A stretch of DNA of 64,000 bases from Oligoflexia bacterium (GTDB lineage: Bacteria; Bdellovibrionota; UBA1018). The stretch is taken from NCBI GenBank assembly GCA_014376785.1, contig JACMQW010000037.1, positions 1,944-65,943 of the forward strand, written 5' to 3'. This document shows positions 26,335 through 36,388 of this stretch, one piece after another. Position numbers and translations under genes: made by a program. A model generated the notes under the pieces. The model was given only the letters and a program-made list of their open reading frames with translations. It was not told where the DNA came from and did not search any database. Positions within the stretch are counted from its first letter, which is position 1. Each line of letters starts with the position of its first letter.

Positions 26335-29162
26335 TTTCTTCCCGATGCTTTCTTTTTCGGATTTTTCTTCAATGGCTTTTTTGCTCTCGGTTCGCGAATG
26401 GAGGCCTGAGCGGCAGCGAGCTTAGCAATCGGCACTCGGTAAGGGGAACAACTGACATAGTCGAGACCGTATTGATGACAGAGTAAAACACTAGTGGGAT
26501 CTCCGCCGTGCTCTCCGCAGATTCCCACTTTCAAGTTCGGTCGCGCCGCTCGTCCCTCATGAATCGCAATATCAATGAGCCTCCCCACGCCATGGGGATC
26601 GAGTGTAGCAAAGGGGTCTTTTTCGTAAATTTTTGCCTCTAAATAGTCTTTTAGAAAAAGTCCGGAATCATCCCGTGAAAGTCCGTAAGTGGTCTGAGTT
26701 AAATCATTTGTGCCGAAAGAGAAGAACTCTGCGTAAGGAGCGATTTCTCCCGCAGTCAAACAAGCCCGCGGAAGTTCGATCATCGTACCAATCGAATAAT
26801 CGATGCCTTTTCCTTTTGAGAACTTCTTCCCAGTGCTTTTTGCAAATTCTGCAATGACGCGTTCCGCTTCTTCTATGCAATATTCTCGGACGAAGCGCAG
26901 TTCTCTCCAATCCCCGACGAGCGGGATCATCATTTCTGGCGAAATTTTAAATCCTTCCTCGGTGACGAGTTCCGCAGCAGCTTCCATAATGGCCCGTATC
27001 TGCGTCAGGTAAATCTCCGGATAGCTGATCCCCAAACGAACCCCGCGGTGCCCAAGCATGGGGTTTACTTCGTGGAGCATCTCTTGCTTCCGTTTCAAGC
27101 GCTCAAAAGACACATCGATTTTCACCGCAAGGGAATGCAGCTCTTCATCGGTGTGCGGAATGAATTCGTGAAGGGGAGGGTCTAAGAGACGAATGGTGAC
27201 TGGGAGCCCCTTCATTTCTCTGAAGATTCCTTTGAAGTCGCTTTTTTGCATCGGAAGAATTTTTTCCAAGGCGCGATTTCGCGCGACTAGCGTGTCCGCG
27301 AGAATCATTTCGCGAACCGCATCGATGCGGTCCGATTCAAAAAACATATGCTCCGTCCGACAGAGGCCGATCCCTTCGGCTCCGAAACCGCGCGCGACTT
27401 TCGCATCCTGGGGAGTATCCGCATTTGTCCGAACTTGGAGAGTGCGAACTTCATCGACCCAAGTCATGAGTTTTTGAAAATTTAAATCCAGAGCGGGGAG
27501 GATGGTGGGAACTTTTCCCTTAATCACTTCGCCGGTAGATCCTTCGAGGGTAATGAAATCCCCTTCGCGGATGGTCGTCACACCCGCTAAAAAAGTTTTA
27601 GCTTCGTAGGAAACTTTCATGGATGAACAGCCAGCGACGCAGCATTTTCCCATTCCGCGTGCCACGACAGCGGCATGAGAAGTCATTCCTCCCCGAGCAG
27701 TGAGAATTCCTTCGGCAACCGACATCCCATGGATGTCTTCCGGCGACGTTTCGATTCGAACGAGGATTACTTTTCGTCCCAGTTCTTTCACCCATTTTTC
27801 AGCGGTGTCAGGGTCGAAGACGACTTGGCCGCACGCTGCGCCGGGAGAAGCGGGTAAGCCCTTCGCAATCACTTCTTTCTTCGCTTTAGGGTCCAGGCGC
27901 GGATGCAGAAGTTGGTCGAGTTGCTCGGGCGCAATCCGGAGGATTGCTTCGTTTTTCGTAATCAATTTCTCTGAGACCATGTCGACCGCGATTTTCAGAG
28001 CGGCCGGCGCAGTTCGCTTTCCGCCGCGAGTTTGCAGCATGAAAAGCTTTCCCTTTTCGATCGTAAACTCGATGTCCTGCATGTCACGGTAGTGTTTTTC
28101 AAGCGCTTGATAAACCTTTACCAATGCAGCGTAAGGTTTCGGCATGACTTTCTCGAGGGTCACAGCCGCTTTGGTTTCGCCCGTTCTCGACGATTCATTG
28201 ATGGGCTGGGGGGTTCGAATCCCGGCCACCACATCTTCACCTTGGGCGTTCACTAAGTATTCCCCGAAAAATTTGCGAACTCCTGTGGACGGATCCCGAG
28301 TGAAGGCAACCCCGGTTGCGCAGTCAGAACCCATATTTCCAAACACCATGGCTTGGACGTTCACGGCGGTTCCCCAAGCTTCAGGGATGTCGTTTAACTT
28401 CCGGTAAGTGTTCGCGCGTGGATTTTTCCAGGAAGCGAAGACAGCACCGATTGCACCTAAGAGCTGTTCCCAAGGATTTTCCGGAAAGACGTGACCGTTC
28501 GATTTGACGATTTGTTTGTATTTAGAAACGAGGGATTTCAGGTCCGAGCCGGAAAGTTCAGTGTCTTCTTCCACTCCGCGTTCGTGCTTGAGGTCTTCGA
28601 GTGCCACTTCGAAATGATTCGAGTGGATGTTTAAAACCACATCCGAATACATGGCGATGAACCTTCGATAGGAGTCGTACGAAAAACGTTCGTCGTGGGA
28701 ATGGGCGATGAGACCGTGAATGGTCTGGTCGTTCAGTCCTAGATTCAGAATGGTGTCCATCATCCCCGGCATCGAGGCCCGAGCGCCTGAACGAACAGAA
28801 ACGAGGAGAGGATTTTCTACGTCCCCGAACTTCTTCCCGATCTGCTTTTCCATTTTTCTGACTGCGGCCCTCATCTCCTCATCTAGAGATGCTGGATAGC
28901 GATGCTCAGTGGAACTTTTAGAATAGAAATAGGTGCAAACTTCGGTCGTGATTGTGAACCCGGGCGGGACCGGCAAACCGAGTTTCGTCATGCCGTGAAG
29001 GTTCGCTCCCTTTCCGCCGAGGAGTTCCTTCATGGTTTCTGATCCGTCCGCGTTTCCGCCACCGAATCCATAGACGTATTTTCGCGACTTTTCTTTCGTC
29101 ACACGAGAAGAGACGGATTTACGTTTATTTGCCCCAGTTTTTGATTTGATCACGGATGACAT
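26331..29162 (-). CDS. ppdK: Pyruvate, phosphate dikinase
   Basis: 943 aa. KYVYGFGGG...GGKGANL (ATP-grasp), phosphohistidine loop [13 protein letters not shown] and the PEP-utilising TIM-barrel segment CGEHGGDP. The ATG at 29162 overlaps the glyQS 3' end by 38 nt. An in-frame GTG at 29099 is an alternative start. Confidence 0.9.
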   Translation of the reverse strand: MSSVIKSKTGANKRKSVSSRVTKEKSRKYVYGFGGGNADGSETMKELLGGKGANLHGMTKLGLPVPPGFTITTEVCTYFYSKSSTEHRYPASLDEEMRAAVRKMEKQIGKKFGDVENPLLVSVRSGARASMPGMMDTILNLGLNDQTIHGLIAHSHDERFSYDSYRRFIAMYSDVVLNIHSNHFEVALEDLKHERGVEEDTELSGSDLKSLVSKYKQIVKSNGHVFPENPWEQLLGAIGAVFASWKNPRANTYRKLNDIPEAWGTAVNVQAMVFGNMGSDCATGVAFTRDPSTGVRKFFGEYLVNAQGEDVVAGIRTPQPINESSRTGETKAAVTLEKVMPKPYAALVKVYQALEKHYRDMQDIEFTIEKGKLFMLQTRGGKRTAPAALKIAVDMVSEKLITKNEAILRIAPEQLDQLLHPRLDPKAKKEVIAKGLPASPGAACGQVVFDPDTAEKWVKELGRKVILVRIETSPEDIHGMSVAEGILTARGGMTSHAAVVARGMGKCCVAGCSSMKVSYEAKTFLAGVTTIREGDFITLEGSTGEVIKGKVPTILPALDLNFQKLMTWVDEVRTLQVRTNADTPQDAKVARGFGAEGIGLCRTEHMFFESDRIDAVREMILADTLVARNRALEKILPMQKSDFKGIFREMKGLPVTIRLLDPPLHEFIPHTDEELHSLAVKIDVSFERLKRKQEMLHEVNPMLGHRGVRLGISYPEIYLTQIRAIMEAAAELVTEEGFKISPEMMIPLVGDWRELRFVREYCIEEAERVIAEFAKSTGKKFSKGKGIDYSIGTMIELPRACLTAGEIAPYAEFFSFGTNDLTQTTYGLSRDDSGLFLKDYLEAKIYEKDPFATLDPHGVGRLIDIAIHEGRAARPNLKVGICGEHGGDPTSVLLCHQYGLDYVSCSPYRVPIAKLAAAQASIREPRAKKPLKKNPKKKASGRK

Positions 29163-30489
29163 CGTTCAGTTTCTCCGCCGGAATTCGAGTTTGTTCCATC
29201 GTATCACGGTGACGGAGGGTCACCGTGTGATTCGTAAGGGTGTCGAAGTCCACAGTCACCCCGAAAGGTGTTCCGATTTCGTCCTGACGTCGGTAACGCT
29301 TTCCGATCGAGCCCGCTTCATCCGTGGTGCATCGGAATTCTTTCCGAAGGTCGGCATAGATTTTATCGGTGTATTCTTTCAGCTCAGGTTTTTTCATGAG
29401 CGGAAAAACGGCAACTTTGTAAGGAGAGAGCTTTGGATGCATTTGCAACCAAGTCCTATCTCCATCGAATCGGTAAGCATCGCAAAGGGCCGCCAGAACC
29501 GCACGGTCACATCCGACGGATGTTTCAACGATGTAAGGCAGGTATTTTTCTTTCACGGATTCATCGAAATACGTCAAATTTTTGCCGCTGAATTCTTGGT
29601 GGCGACCGAGATCAAAATCCGAGCGATTGTGGATCCCTTCGAGTTCGCTCCATCCGATCGGAAATTCATACTCGATATCGAAAGCCGCTTTCGCGTAGTG
29701 GGCGAGTTCTGAACCCTCATGCTGATGGAACCGCAGTTTTTCTTTTCGAATCCCGTTATCGTAATGCCACTGGATTCGAGCCGCTTTCCATTTTTCGAAC
29801 CACTCCATGTCGGTGCCGGGCTTTACGAAGAACTGCATCTCCATTTGCTCGAACTCTCGGGTGCGGAAAATGAAATTTCCTGGAGTGATTTCGTTTCGAA
29901 AAGCTTTTCCGATTTGGGCGATTCCGAAGGGAACTTTCTGGCGGGAGCTTTGAGCGACGTTCAGGAAGTTGACGTAAATTCCTTGCGCGGTTTCAGGGCG
30001 GAGGTAAACGAGCGAACCCGTTTCTTCCAGCGGACCCATATGGGTCTTGAACATGAGGTTGAAGTTCCGAGGCTCGGTGAGTTCGCAGTCGCCGCCTTGG
30101 CCAGGGGTTTTCGAAGGTTTCTGGCCGCATTTTGCGTCGTCGAGTTTATCGGCGCGGAAACGGCCTTTGCAGGTTTTGCAGTCCACCATCGGATCGACGA
30201 ATCCTGCAACGTGTCCGGAAGCCTCCCAAACTTTAGGGTGCATGAGAATCGCGGCGTCTAAACCCTCGATGTCTTCGCGGTCGCACATCGCGCGCCACCA
30301 CGTTTCTTTCATGTTTCTTTTCAGCTCAATCCCGAGCGGGCCGTAATCCCAGCACGCAGTAATACCGCCGTAGATTTCAGACGAGGGGAAAACGAAGCCT
30401 CTCTGCTTACAAAGCGAAACGAGAGTAGCCATGTCTTTTAGATCTTGGGCAGGGCCTGCAGCCTTCGTCTGAACGTCGTTTTCACTCAT
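29125..30489 (-). CDS. glyQS: Glycine--tRNA ligase (homodimeric GlyQS type)
   Basis: About 454 aa. [17 protein letters not shown]...[28 protein letters not shown] and GLDRAVL-like GCDRAVLA. The track start is a TTG at 30507. I prefer the ATG at 30489 (MSENDV...). Confidence 0.9.
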   Translation of the reverse strand: MSENDVQTKAAGPAQDLKDMATLVSLCKQRGFVFPSSEIYGGITACWDYGPLGIELKRNMKETWWRAMCDREDIEGLDAAILMHPKVWEASGHVAGFVDPMVDCKTCKGRFRADKLDDAKCGQKPSKTPGQGGDCELTEPRNFNLMFKTHMGPLEETGSLVYLRPETAQGIYVNFLNVAQSSRQKVPFGIAQIGKAFRNEITPGNFIFRTREFEQMEMQFFVKPGTDMEWFEKWKAARIQWHYDNGIRKEKLRFHQHEGSELAHYAKAAFDIEYEFPIGWSELEGIHNRSDFDLGRHQEFSGKNLTYFDESVKEKYLPYIVETSVGCDRAVLAALCDAYRFDGDRTWLQMHPKLSPYKVAVFPLMKKPELKEYTDKIYADLRKEFRCTTDEAGSIGKRYRRQDEIGTPFGVTVDFDTLTNHTVTLRHRDTMEQTRIPAEKLNDVIRDQIKNWGK

Positions 30490-30577
30490 ATCCCTAAGAA
30501 GTAACAAACGGATGCAGTGAGTTCAATGGAGGCGGAGCGCGTTAAGTGATCGAGAGGGCAGAAAAGAGAGGTCTGAT

Positions 30578-31003
30578 TCAAACACCAATCCCGAGATCGT
30601 AAATTAGGGGCGGATTTTGGCCGAGAATTCGAATCGGCAGCCAGATCAGCATGCGAAGTGGAGGAGGGGAGCTCATTCGAAAGTTTCCGCTGTTTTCGAC
30701 GATTTGAGCAGAGATTTCTCGCAAGAGGAATTCACGCCGAGCGAGGATGAGCAGGCGTCGGAATGTTTTTTCTAATCTCGGGACAGATGATTCCGATTCT
30801 TTTCGGCAGGCGAGTAAGATACTTCCCGCTCCCTCGGGAGTTGTGATTGTTTCGATAAAATAGGTGTCGGTCTCGGGCGTTGCCGCCCAGGTCGTCAGTC
30901 GCTTGGGTAAATCAAGTTCAAGTTTATCGTCGGGAAACTCCGCGTTTAGTTCGTCGATCAAAGCCGAGTGGCAGGCTTGAAGAACCGCGTTCCAGACACT
31001 CAA
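30578..31003 (-). CDS. Hypothetical protein, translationally coupled to the upstream ABC exporter gene
   Basis: 141 aa. TTG start overlapping the exporter TGA (TTGA). No recognisable motif. Confidence 0.45.
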   Translation of the reverse strand: MSVWNAVLQACHSALIDELNAEFPDDKLELDLPKRLTTWAATPETDTYFIETITTPEGAGSILLACRKESESSVPRLEKTFRRLLILARREFLLREISAQIVENSGNFRMSSPPPLRMLIWLPIRILGQNPPLIYDLGIGV

Positions 31004-32742
31004 GGAATCAACTCCGAACGAGTTTGCTCCGCGATTTTAAGAAATGCGGCGTATTCGCCATTTTTAGCGAGGAGTTCCGCGTGATTTCCGTCTTCGACCA
31101 TTCTTCCCTCGCGCATGACGATGATGCGATCGACGTGGCGAATCGTCGAGAGTCGATGGGCGATGACGATGGTTGTTTTGTCGTGCATGAGCTTTTCAAG
31201 CGCAGCTTGAACGGCTTTTTCTGAAGTATTATCCAGCGCGGAAGTGGCCTCGTCGAGAATGAGGATGGGACTGTTTCGCAGGAATGCGCGCGCGATCGAA
31301 AGTCGCTGGCGCTCTCCGCCGGAGAGCTTCTGCCCGCGGTCACCGATGGTAGTAAGAAAACCTTCCTGCATTTTTTCGATAAAGTCAGTCGCGAAAGCTT
31401 CCTTCGCTGCCCGGCGAATTTCTTCGTCCGTTGCATCGAGTCTGCCGCAGCGAATGTTTTCAGCGACCGTGTCGTTAAAAAGAAAAACATCCTGGCTGAC
31501 GATCGAAATGAGTGAACGAAGATCCGAAATCTTCAAATCACGAATGTCGACGCCATCGATTTCGATTCCGCCGCCCGTGACGTCGAAAATCCGCGGAAGC
31601 AATGAGACGAGAGAGCTTTTACCGGCTCCGCTGGCTCCCACGAGCGCAATGGAGTGGTTCTTTGGAATTTCGAGCGAAATTCCTTTCAGAACTTCGCGTT
31701 CCGGAGCATCGGGATAAGAGAAACGCACGTCACGTAAAGAAATCCCGCGCGTGAAGTTTTCCTTCGCGATAGCGTCTGGTTTTTCTACCAGCCGCGTTTT
31801 CCAGTCGAAAATTTCAAACACTCGCTCCGCTGCCGCACCCGCATTCGCGAGTTTGATGTTCATGTCGTTCAAGACTCGAATCGGGTTCTGCATCATTGCG
31901 AAAGCCCCGAAGAATGCAAGCAACTGACCCTGGGTCAAGTGACCCCCGAGCACGGCTTTTCCGCCGACATAGATGAGTCCAGCGATAGCAAACGCCATGA
32001 TAAATTCTACGGCGGGATGGGAGATCTCTTCGACGATGATGGTCTGGGAGAGGTGCTGAAAAAAGGCTTCGCTGCGGTCGTGGTACTTTTTCCGAATGTA
32101 ATTTTCGAGTCGGAAGCTTTTTATGACGCGGATTCCGGTGAAGCTTTCTTGGAGGGTCGAAAACATCCGAGCTTGTTCTTCTTGAAGCTGGTGAATCGTG
32201 CGTTTGAGCTTCTTTCCCGAATAAGAGAAAACAAACGCGAGTGGTGGGAAAACCGCAATCGTGATGAGCGTCAGTTTCCAGTCGAGGTAAAAGGTGTAGC
32301 CGAGCAGAAAGACGAGCTGGAAAGGCTCTCTTAACAAGACGGCAAACTGGGCAATGCCTTGATCGATTTGGTTAGGATCGTTTCCAACTCGTGACATCAG
32401 TCCGCCCGTGCTCTGGGCCGTGAAGTAGTCGGCCGAAAGGCCGAGCACGTGGTCGTAGAGGTCGTTCTTCAGTTTTTGGTTCACTCGGGCGACGACGACG
32501 CGGATGGCCCCATAATGAATAAATCGCACCACAAAGTTTACCGCAAAAATACCGATGACCATGAGCGGGAAGGTGATGAGTTTCGACTCATCCTTCGTGG
32601 CGAGAAGATCGTCGATCAGCTTTTGGATCAAGACCACCGGGCTGAACCGGATCGCCGCCATGGGAATTGCCAAGAGCAAACTGGTCAGGATCCAGGCCCA
32701 ATGCGGCTTCAAATATGCTTTCAATTTCCAGAGAGATTTCAT
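31000..32742 (-). CDS. ABC transporter permease/ATP-binding protein (MsbA / lipid-export-like half transporter)
   Basis: 580 aa. Six-TM exporter domain, Walker A GASGAGKSS, signature LSGGERQR and Walker B ILILDEATSALD. Confidence 0.9.
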   Translation of the reverse strand: MKSLWKLKAYLKPHWAWILTSLLLAIPMAAIRFSPVVLIQKLIDDLLATKDESKLITFPLMVIGIFAVNFVVRFIHYGAIRVVVARVNQKLKNDLYDHVLGLSADYFTAQSTGGLMSRVGNDPNQIDQGIAQFAVLLREPFQLVFLLGYTFYLDWKLTLITIAVFPPLAFVFSYSGKKLKRTIHQLQEEQARMFSTLQESFTGIRVIKSFRLENYIRKKYHDRSEAFFQHLSQTIIVEEISHPAVEFIMAFAIAGLIYVGGKAVLGGHLTQGQLLAFFGAFAMMQNPIRVLNDMNIKLANAGAAAERVFEIFDWKTRLVEKPDAIAKENFTRGISLRDVRFSYPDAPEREVLKGISLEIPKNHSIALVGASGAGKSSLVSLLPRIFDVTGGGIEIDGVDIRDLKISDLRSLISIVSQDVFLFNDTVAENIRCGRLDATDEEIRRAAKEAFATDFIEKMQEGFLTTIGDRGQKLSGGERQRLSIARAFLRNSPILILDEATSALDNTSEKAVQAALEKLMHDKTTIVIAHRLSTIRHVDRIIVMREGRMVEDGNHAELLAKNGEYAAFLKIAEQTRSELIP

Positions 32743-32776
32743 GGAACTACGTCGATCTTATGGTAATTCTAGAACC

Positions 32777-34333
32777 ATGGCTAGTGTTCTCGTAGTTGGC
32801 GGCGCGGGGTATGTCGGTAGTGCAGTGGCCGCGCATCTTTTAGATCGGGGAGATGAGGTTTGGGTTTTAGACGATCTGTCGACCGGCAGGCGCTCCCTCG
32901 TCCTGAGCCCGATTATTCAGGCCGGCCGTTTCATCGAGGCACGCGCCGGAGACCAGACGGTCCTGGAAGCTTTTTTCCGCGCGCACCCCGTCGATGCGGT
33001 TCTCCACTTTGCTGCGAAATCTCAGGTGGGTGAAAGTGTCCGCATCCCCGATGTTTATTGGGAAAATAACGTGGGCCAGACGCGTGCGCTCTTGGACGCC
33101 ATGGTCGCTTGCGATGTAAAACGATTTGTTTTTTCATCCACTGCTGCCGTCTATGGGGATCCGGGAGATGCGGACATCTCGGAAGACTTAGAAAAAAAAC
33201 CTATTAACCCCTACGGCGAGACGAAACTCGCAGTCGAACGAATTTTAGAAGAATACGGATTGAAGCATGGGTTGCGCTCGATTGCGCTTCGCTACTTCAA
33301 TGCCGCAGGTGCAGATGAGAAGTTACGAGTCGGAGAAAGCCACGATCCGGAAACCCACCTGATTCCGAACTTACTCGCGGCTGCGATCGAAGGGCGCGAA
33401 ATTTCGATTTACGGAAATGACTATCCAACCCGAGACGGAACCTGCGTTCGGGACTACGTGCATGTCGAAGACCTAGCCGCTGCGCATGCGGCTGCCGTCG
33501 ATCGCATGATCCTGAATGTTTCACAGGCAGGTGCCGGCACCCCCGCTAAGTTCGAAGTCTTTAACCTCGGTTCAGAGTCGGGTTACACAGTAGGCGAGGT
33601 GATAGCCGCCGCAGAAAAAGTTCTGGGATTGACCATCCGGAAATCTTTTCAGCCAAGGCGTCCTGGCGATCCGGCAAAGTTGGTCGCAAAGTCAGAGCGT
33701 GCTCGTTCGGCACTCGGTTTCAGCCCCCGGACCGACGCTCTGAAAGACATTTTGAAATCCGCATTCGCGTGGGAAAATAAAAAGAGGGCTTTGAAAAAGG
33801 CCGTTTTTCTCGACCGAGACGGAACGTTGAATTTCGATCCCGGTTACCTAAACGATGCGGAACACTTTCATCTCTTCCCCGGGGTGGCGGAAGCATTGCG
33901 GTCTCTCTCCGACGCTGGCTACCTGCTGATCGTCGTGTCGAATCAGTCCGGCATCGCTCGGGATAAAATTACCTTAGAGCAATTACGACGGATTCACGAA
34001 AAACTCGATCGATTGCTCGGGGCAGTGGGCGTAAGAATTCACGACTATTCGCTTTGTTTCCATCATCCAGATGAAAGTTGTGAATGTCGGAAACCAAAAC
34101 CTCGGCTTCTTCTCGATATGGCTGCACGTTATTCAATCGACCTCGGTCAATCCTACATGATCGGAGATAAGGCTTCCGATGTCGAAGCGGGACGCGCGGC
34201 CGGAGTCGCAGAGTCCTATCTCGTTTCGACCGGCTATGGAGCGGAAGAAGTCACGAAGGTTTCAGGCGCTGAAAAAATCTACGTGCCGGATCTCACTGAA
34301 GCCGTGGACAGAATTATCCGAAAATCCCTTTAA
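32777..34333 (+). CDS. Fusion protein: UDP-glucose 4-epimerase (GalE-like SDR) + D,D-heptose 1,7-bisphosphate phosphatase (GmhB-like HAD-IIIA)
   Basis: N-terminal half: VVGGAGYVGS Rossmann motif, YGETK catalytic Y-x3-K, DGTCVRDYVHVEDLA. C-terminal half: FLDRDGTL, VSNQSG, CFHHPDESCECRKPKP (GmhB zinc motif), GDKASDVEAG. One uninterrupted frame. The track start (32555) overlaps the divergent ABC gene, so I trimmed to the ATG at 32777 (MASVLVVGG). Confidence 0.8.
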   Translation: MASVLVVGGAGYVGSAVAAHLLDRGDEVWVLDDLSTGRRSLVLSPIIQAGRFIEARAGDQTVLEAFFRAHPVDAVLHFAAKSQVGESVRIPDVYWENNVGQTRALLDAMVACDVKRFVFSSTAAVYGDPGDADISEDLEKKPINPYGETKLAVERILEEYGLKHGLRSIALRYFNAAGADEKLRVGESHDPETHLIPNLLAAAIEGREISIYGNDYPTRDGTCVRDYVHVEDLAAAHAAAVDRMILNVSQAGAGTPAKFEVFNLGSESGYTVGEVIAAAEKVLGLTIRKSFQPRRPGDPAKLVAKSERARSALGFSPRTDALKDILKSAFAWENKKRALKKAVFLDRDGTLNFDPGYLNDAEHFHLFPGVAEALRSLSDAGYLLIVVSNQSGIARDKITLEQLRRIHEKLDRLLGAVGVRIHDYSLCFHHPDESCECRKPKPRLLLDMAARYSIDLGQSYMIGDKASDVEAGRAAGVAESYLVSTGYGAEEVTKVSGAEKIYVPDLTEAVDRIIRKSL

Positions 34334-35189
34334 TACCTGGCAGAAATCGAAGTCCTTTTAAAGGAGTTCGATCAAAGCCCGGCACATGATAAACGAGCAG
34401 CGATTCCATCAGCGAAAAAAGCGCCTGTTGGTCGGCTAATGTTCCTTGGGCCATTTCGGGAGATTTTCGAATCGGCGTCGTGAGTCCAATGTAGAAGTCG
34501 CCGATGGCCGCTTGGGTTGCTTCGAAAAATTCGTGCTGGAAACCCGTGCTCGAGTGTGGCTTCGGCAGCCGATCACGCTCTGAACGCTTCGGTCCACAAT
34601 CGGGACAGGTCCAAGCCGCATTTGAAATGTGGCAACGAAGGAGGGTAGTCGCTGAAAAATCGAGGAGGCTGCGGTCACATGCTAGGCAGCGCAGGAGCTG
34701 GGGCTGGGTTCCGTTCCACTGAAGAATCTTCGAGAGGTACGCGTTCAGTAAAACAATCAGCAGTCTTGGCTCGACGCTCGATGACCCCTTCCGGCTAGTG
34801 ATCGCCCATTCTTCCAGTAAGGCGAGAGCATTCGAATGAAGTTTGAAGAGGTCCAAACAAGGTTCCCGTTCGGGAGCAAGCCTGAGCATGAGCTCATTAA
34901 AGACCGATGCGAGTGCCAGAACTTCAAAATCGCCTCGTAATCCTTCGAAGGATTTCCGAATGGTCGCTTCGTCAACTCGGTAAAGGTCTCCGGCTTTACT
35001 CGGAACGATCCTCCAGGTTGCGGCCGCGAACGTTTCCAAGCAACCGCCGAAACGGCGCGAGCTTACTGCATTCCTAGCAATTGCGGAGATCTTACCGTGG
35101 CTCTCCGTCAGCGCCGTGACCACGCGGTGCCGCTCCTCGAATGGAACAGTCCGTAGCACGATGGCAGTGATTTCGATGACGGTGCTCAT
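34314..35189 (-). CDS. recO: DNA repair protein RecO
   Basis: 291 aa. N-terminal OB-fold pattern (AIVLRTVPFEERHRVVTALTESHGKISAIARNA...SRRFGG) and a Cys4 zinc finger CLACD...CPDCG. 20-nt convergent overlap with the upstream gene. Confidence 0.8.
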   Translation of the reverse strand: MSTVIEITAIVLRTVPFEERHRVVTALTESHGKISAIARNAVSSRRFGGCLETFAAATWRIVPSKAGDLYRVDEATIRKSFEGLRGDFEVLALASVFNELMLRLAPEREPCLDLFKLHSNALALLEEWAITSRKGSSSVEPRLLIVLLNAYLSKILQWNGTQPQLLRCLACDRSLLDFSATTLLRCHISNAAWTCPDCGPKRSERDRLPKPHSSTGFQHEFFEATQAAIGDFYIGLTTPIRKSPEMAQGTLADQQALFSLMESLLVYHVPGFDRTPLKGLRFLPGIKGIFG

Positions 35190-35262
35190 GACCCCGACGC
35201 TACCGAACTTCGGGGCGATCAGCGAGCATGACCGGAAGAAAATTTTGTCTTAAGCTCACTAA

Positions 35263-36210
35263 ATGGAAATTTTCGGCAATGCGGTTTTCACCGGACTTTT
35301 AGGGCGGCTCATTCCGCTTTACCTCATTGTTGCTCTCGGCTTCGTAGCGGGCCGGTTTCTAAAACTCGACCGCGATTCAGTGGCGAAACTGGTGATCTAC
35401 TTAGTTTCGCCGATCGTGGTCTTCGTGAGTGTGAGCCAAATCGATTTGAAGCCCGAGTACCTTTTGGTTCCCTTGGGTTTCGGTCTGCTCTCCTCCGGGG
35501 TTGCGGGCCTCTTTCTGTGGCTCTCTCATCGCATGCCCGAGCGTTTCGGTTTCGGGGGTCCAACGGGTAATCTTCTGGCCTTTGCCGCGGGCGATGCAAA
35601 TACGGGTTACTTTGGACTCCCGGTTGCCTTGATGCTCTTCGGAGCGGATGCGATCGGCATCTATCTGCTCTTCTCGCTTGGATTCATTCTTTATGAAAAC
35701 ACCGTGGGTTTTTACATTCTCGCGAGGGGAAAGGCGAATGCCCGCGATGCGCTCCGCAGAGTCCTGCGTTTACCCGCGATTTACGCGTTCGCGGCCGCGC
35801 TCCTCGCAAACCGGCTCGGCTTAAAGATCACCGGGACTTACGCCGATTTTGCCGGATACTTCCGTGGAACCTATTCCGTGCTTGGAGTGATGCTGATCGG
35901 CTTGGGAGTCGCAGGAATCCGGACCTGGCGGTTTGATTGGAAATTCGTTTCCGCGGCTTTCCTCGGAAAGTTCTTCGTTTGGCCGGTGCTCATCGCAGGG
36001 CTCATCGCGGGGGACCGAAGTGTCGGTCATTTTTATGACGAACGCGCGCACCAGATGTTCTTTCTCATCGCGTGCACTCCACTCGCTGCGAACACGGTCG
36101 CCTTTGCCACTCTTCTGGAAATCGAACCGGCGAAGGCTGGAGTGGCGGTTCTTTTATCGACGTTATTTGCCCTGTTTTTCATTCCGGCGATGGCGGGATG
36201 GCTCCTTTGA
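35263..36210 (+). CDS. AEC (auxin efflux carrier) family transporter
   Basis: 315 aa, ~10 TM segments in the two-repeat arrangement typical of the AEC family. Confidence 0.7.
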   Translation: MEIFGNAVFTGLLGRLIPLYLIVALGFVAGRFLKLDRDSVAKLVIYLVSPIVVFVSVSQIDLKPEYLLVPLGFGLLSSGVAGLFLWLSHRMPERFGFGGPTGNLLAFAAGDANTGYFGLPVALMLFGADAIGIYLLFSLGFILYENTVGFYILARGKANARDALRRVLRLPAIYAFAAALLANRLGLKITGTYADFAGYFRGTYSVLGVMLIGLGVAGIRTWRFDWKFVSAAFLGKFFVWPVLIAGLIAGDRSVGHFYDERAHQMFFLIACTPLAANTVAFATLLEIEPAKAGVAVLLSTLFALFFIPAMAGWLL

Positions 36211-36388
36211 ATCCTCAAATAAGCAGCTAAACTGTTAAGGGGCAATCCTTCCCAAAAGACCTTAGGTGCCTAAAATCATGGCATAAAGGGTGGTTTCAAG
36301 CGCTTGCAAATTTAAACCGCCTATTCCGCTCAACTTTTAGTCAGCTCTGTACGAAAAGCATACAGAGGAAAGGTACAGGGGTTGTCCT

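Noticed and set aside
36211-36388. Sigma-28 or sigma-54 promoter upstream of motA
   Set aside because: A TAAA element is present, but no GCCGATAA-like -10 sits at the right spacing. The TGG...TTGCA pair is spaced 2 nt too far apart for a sigma-54 -24/-12 element.
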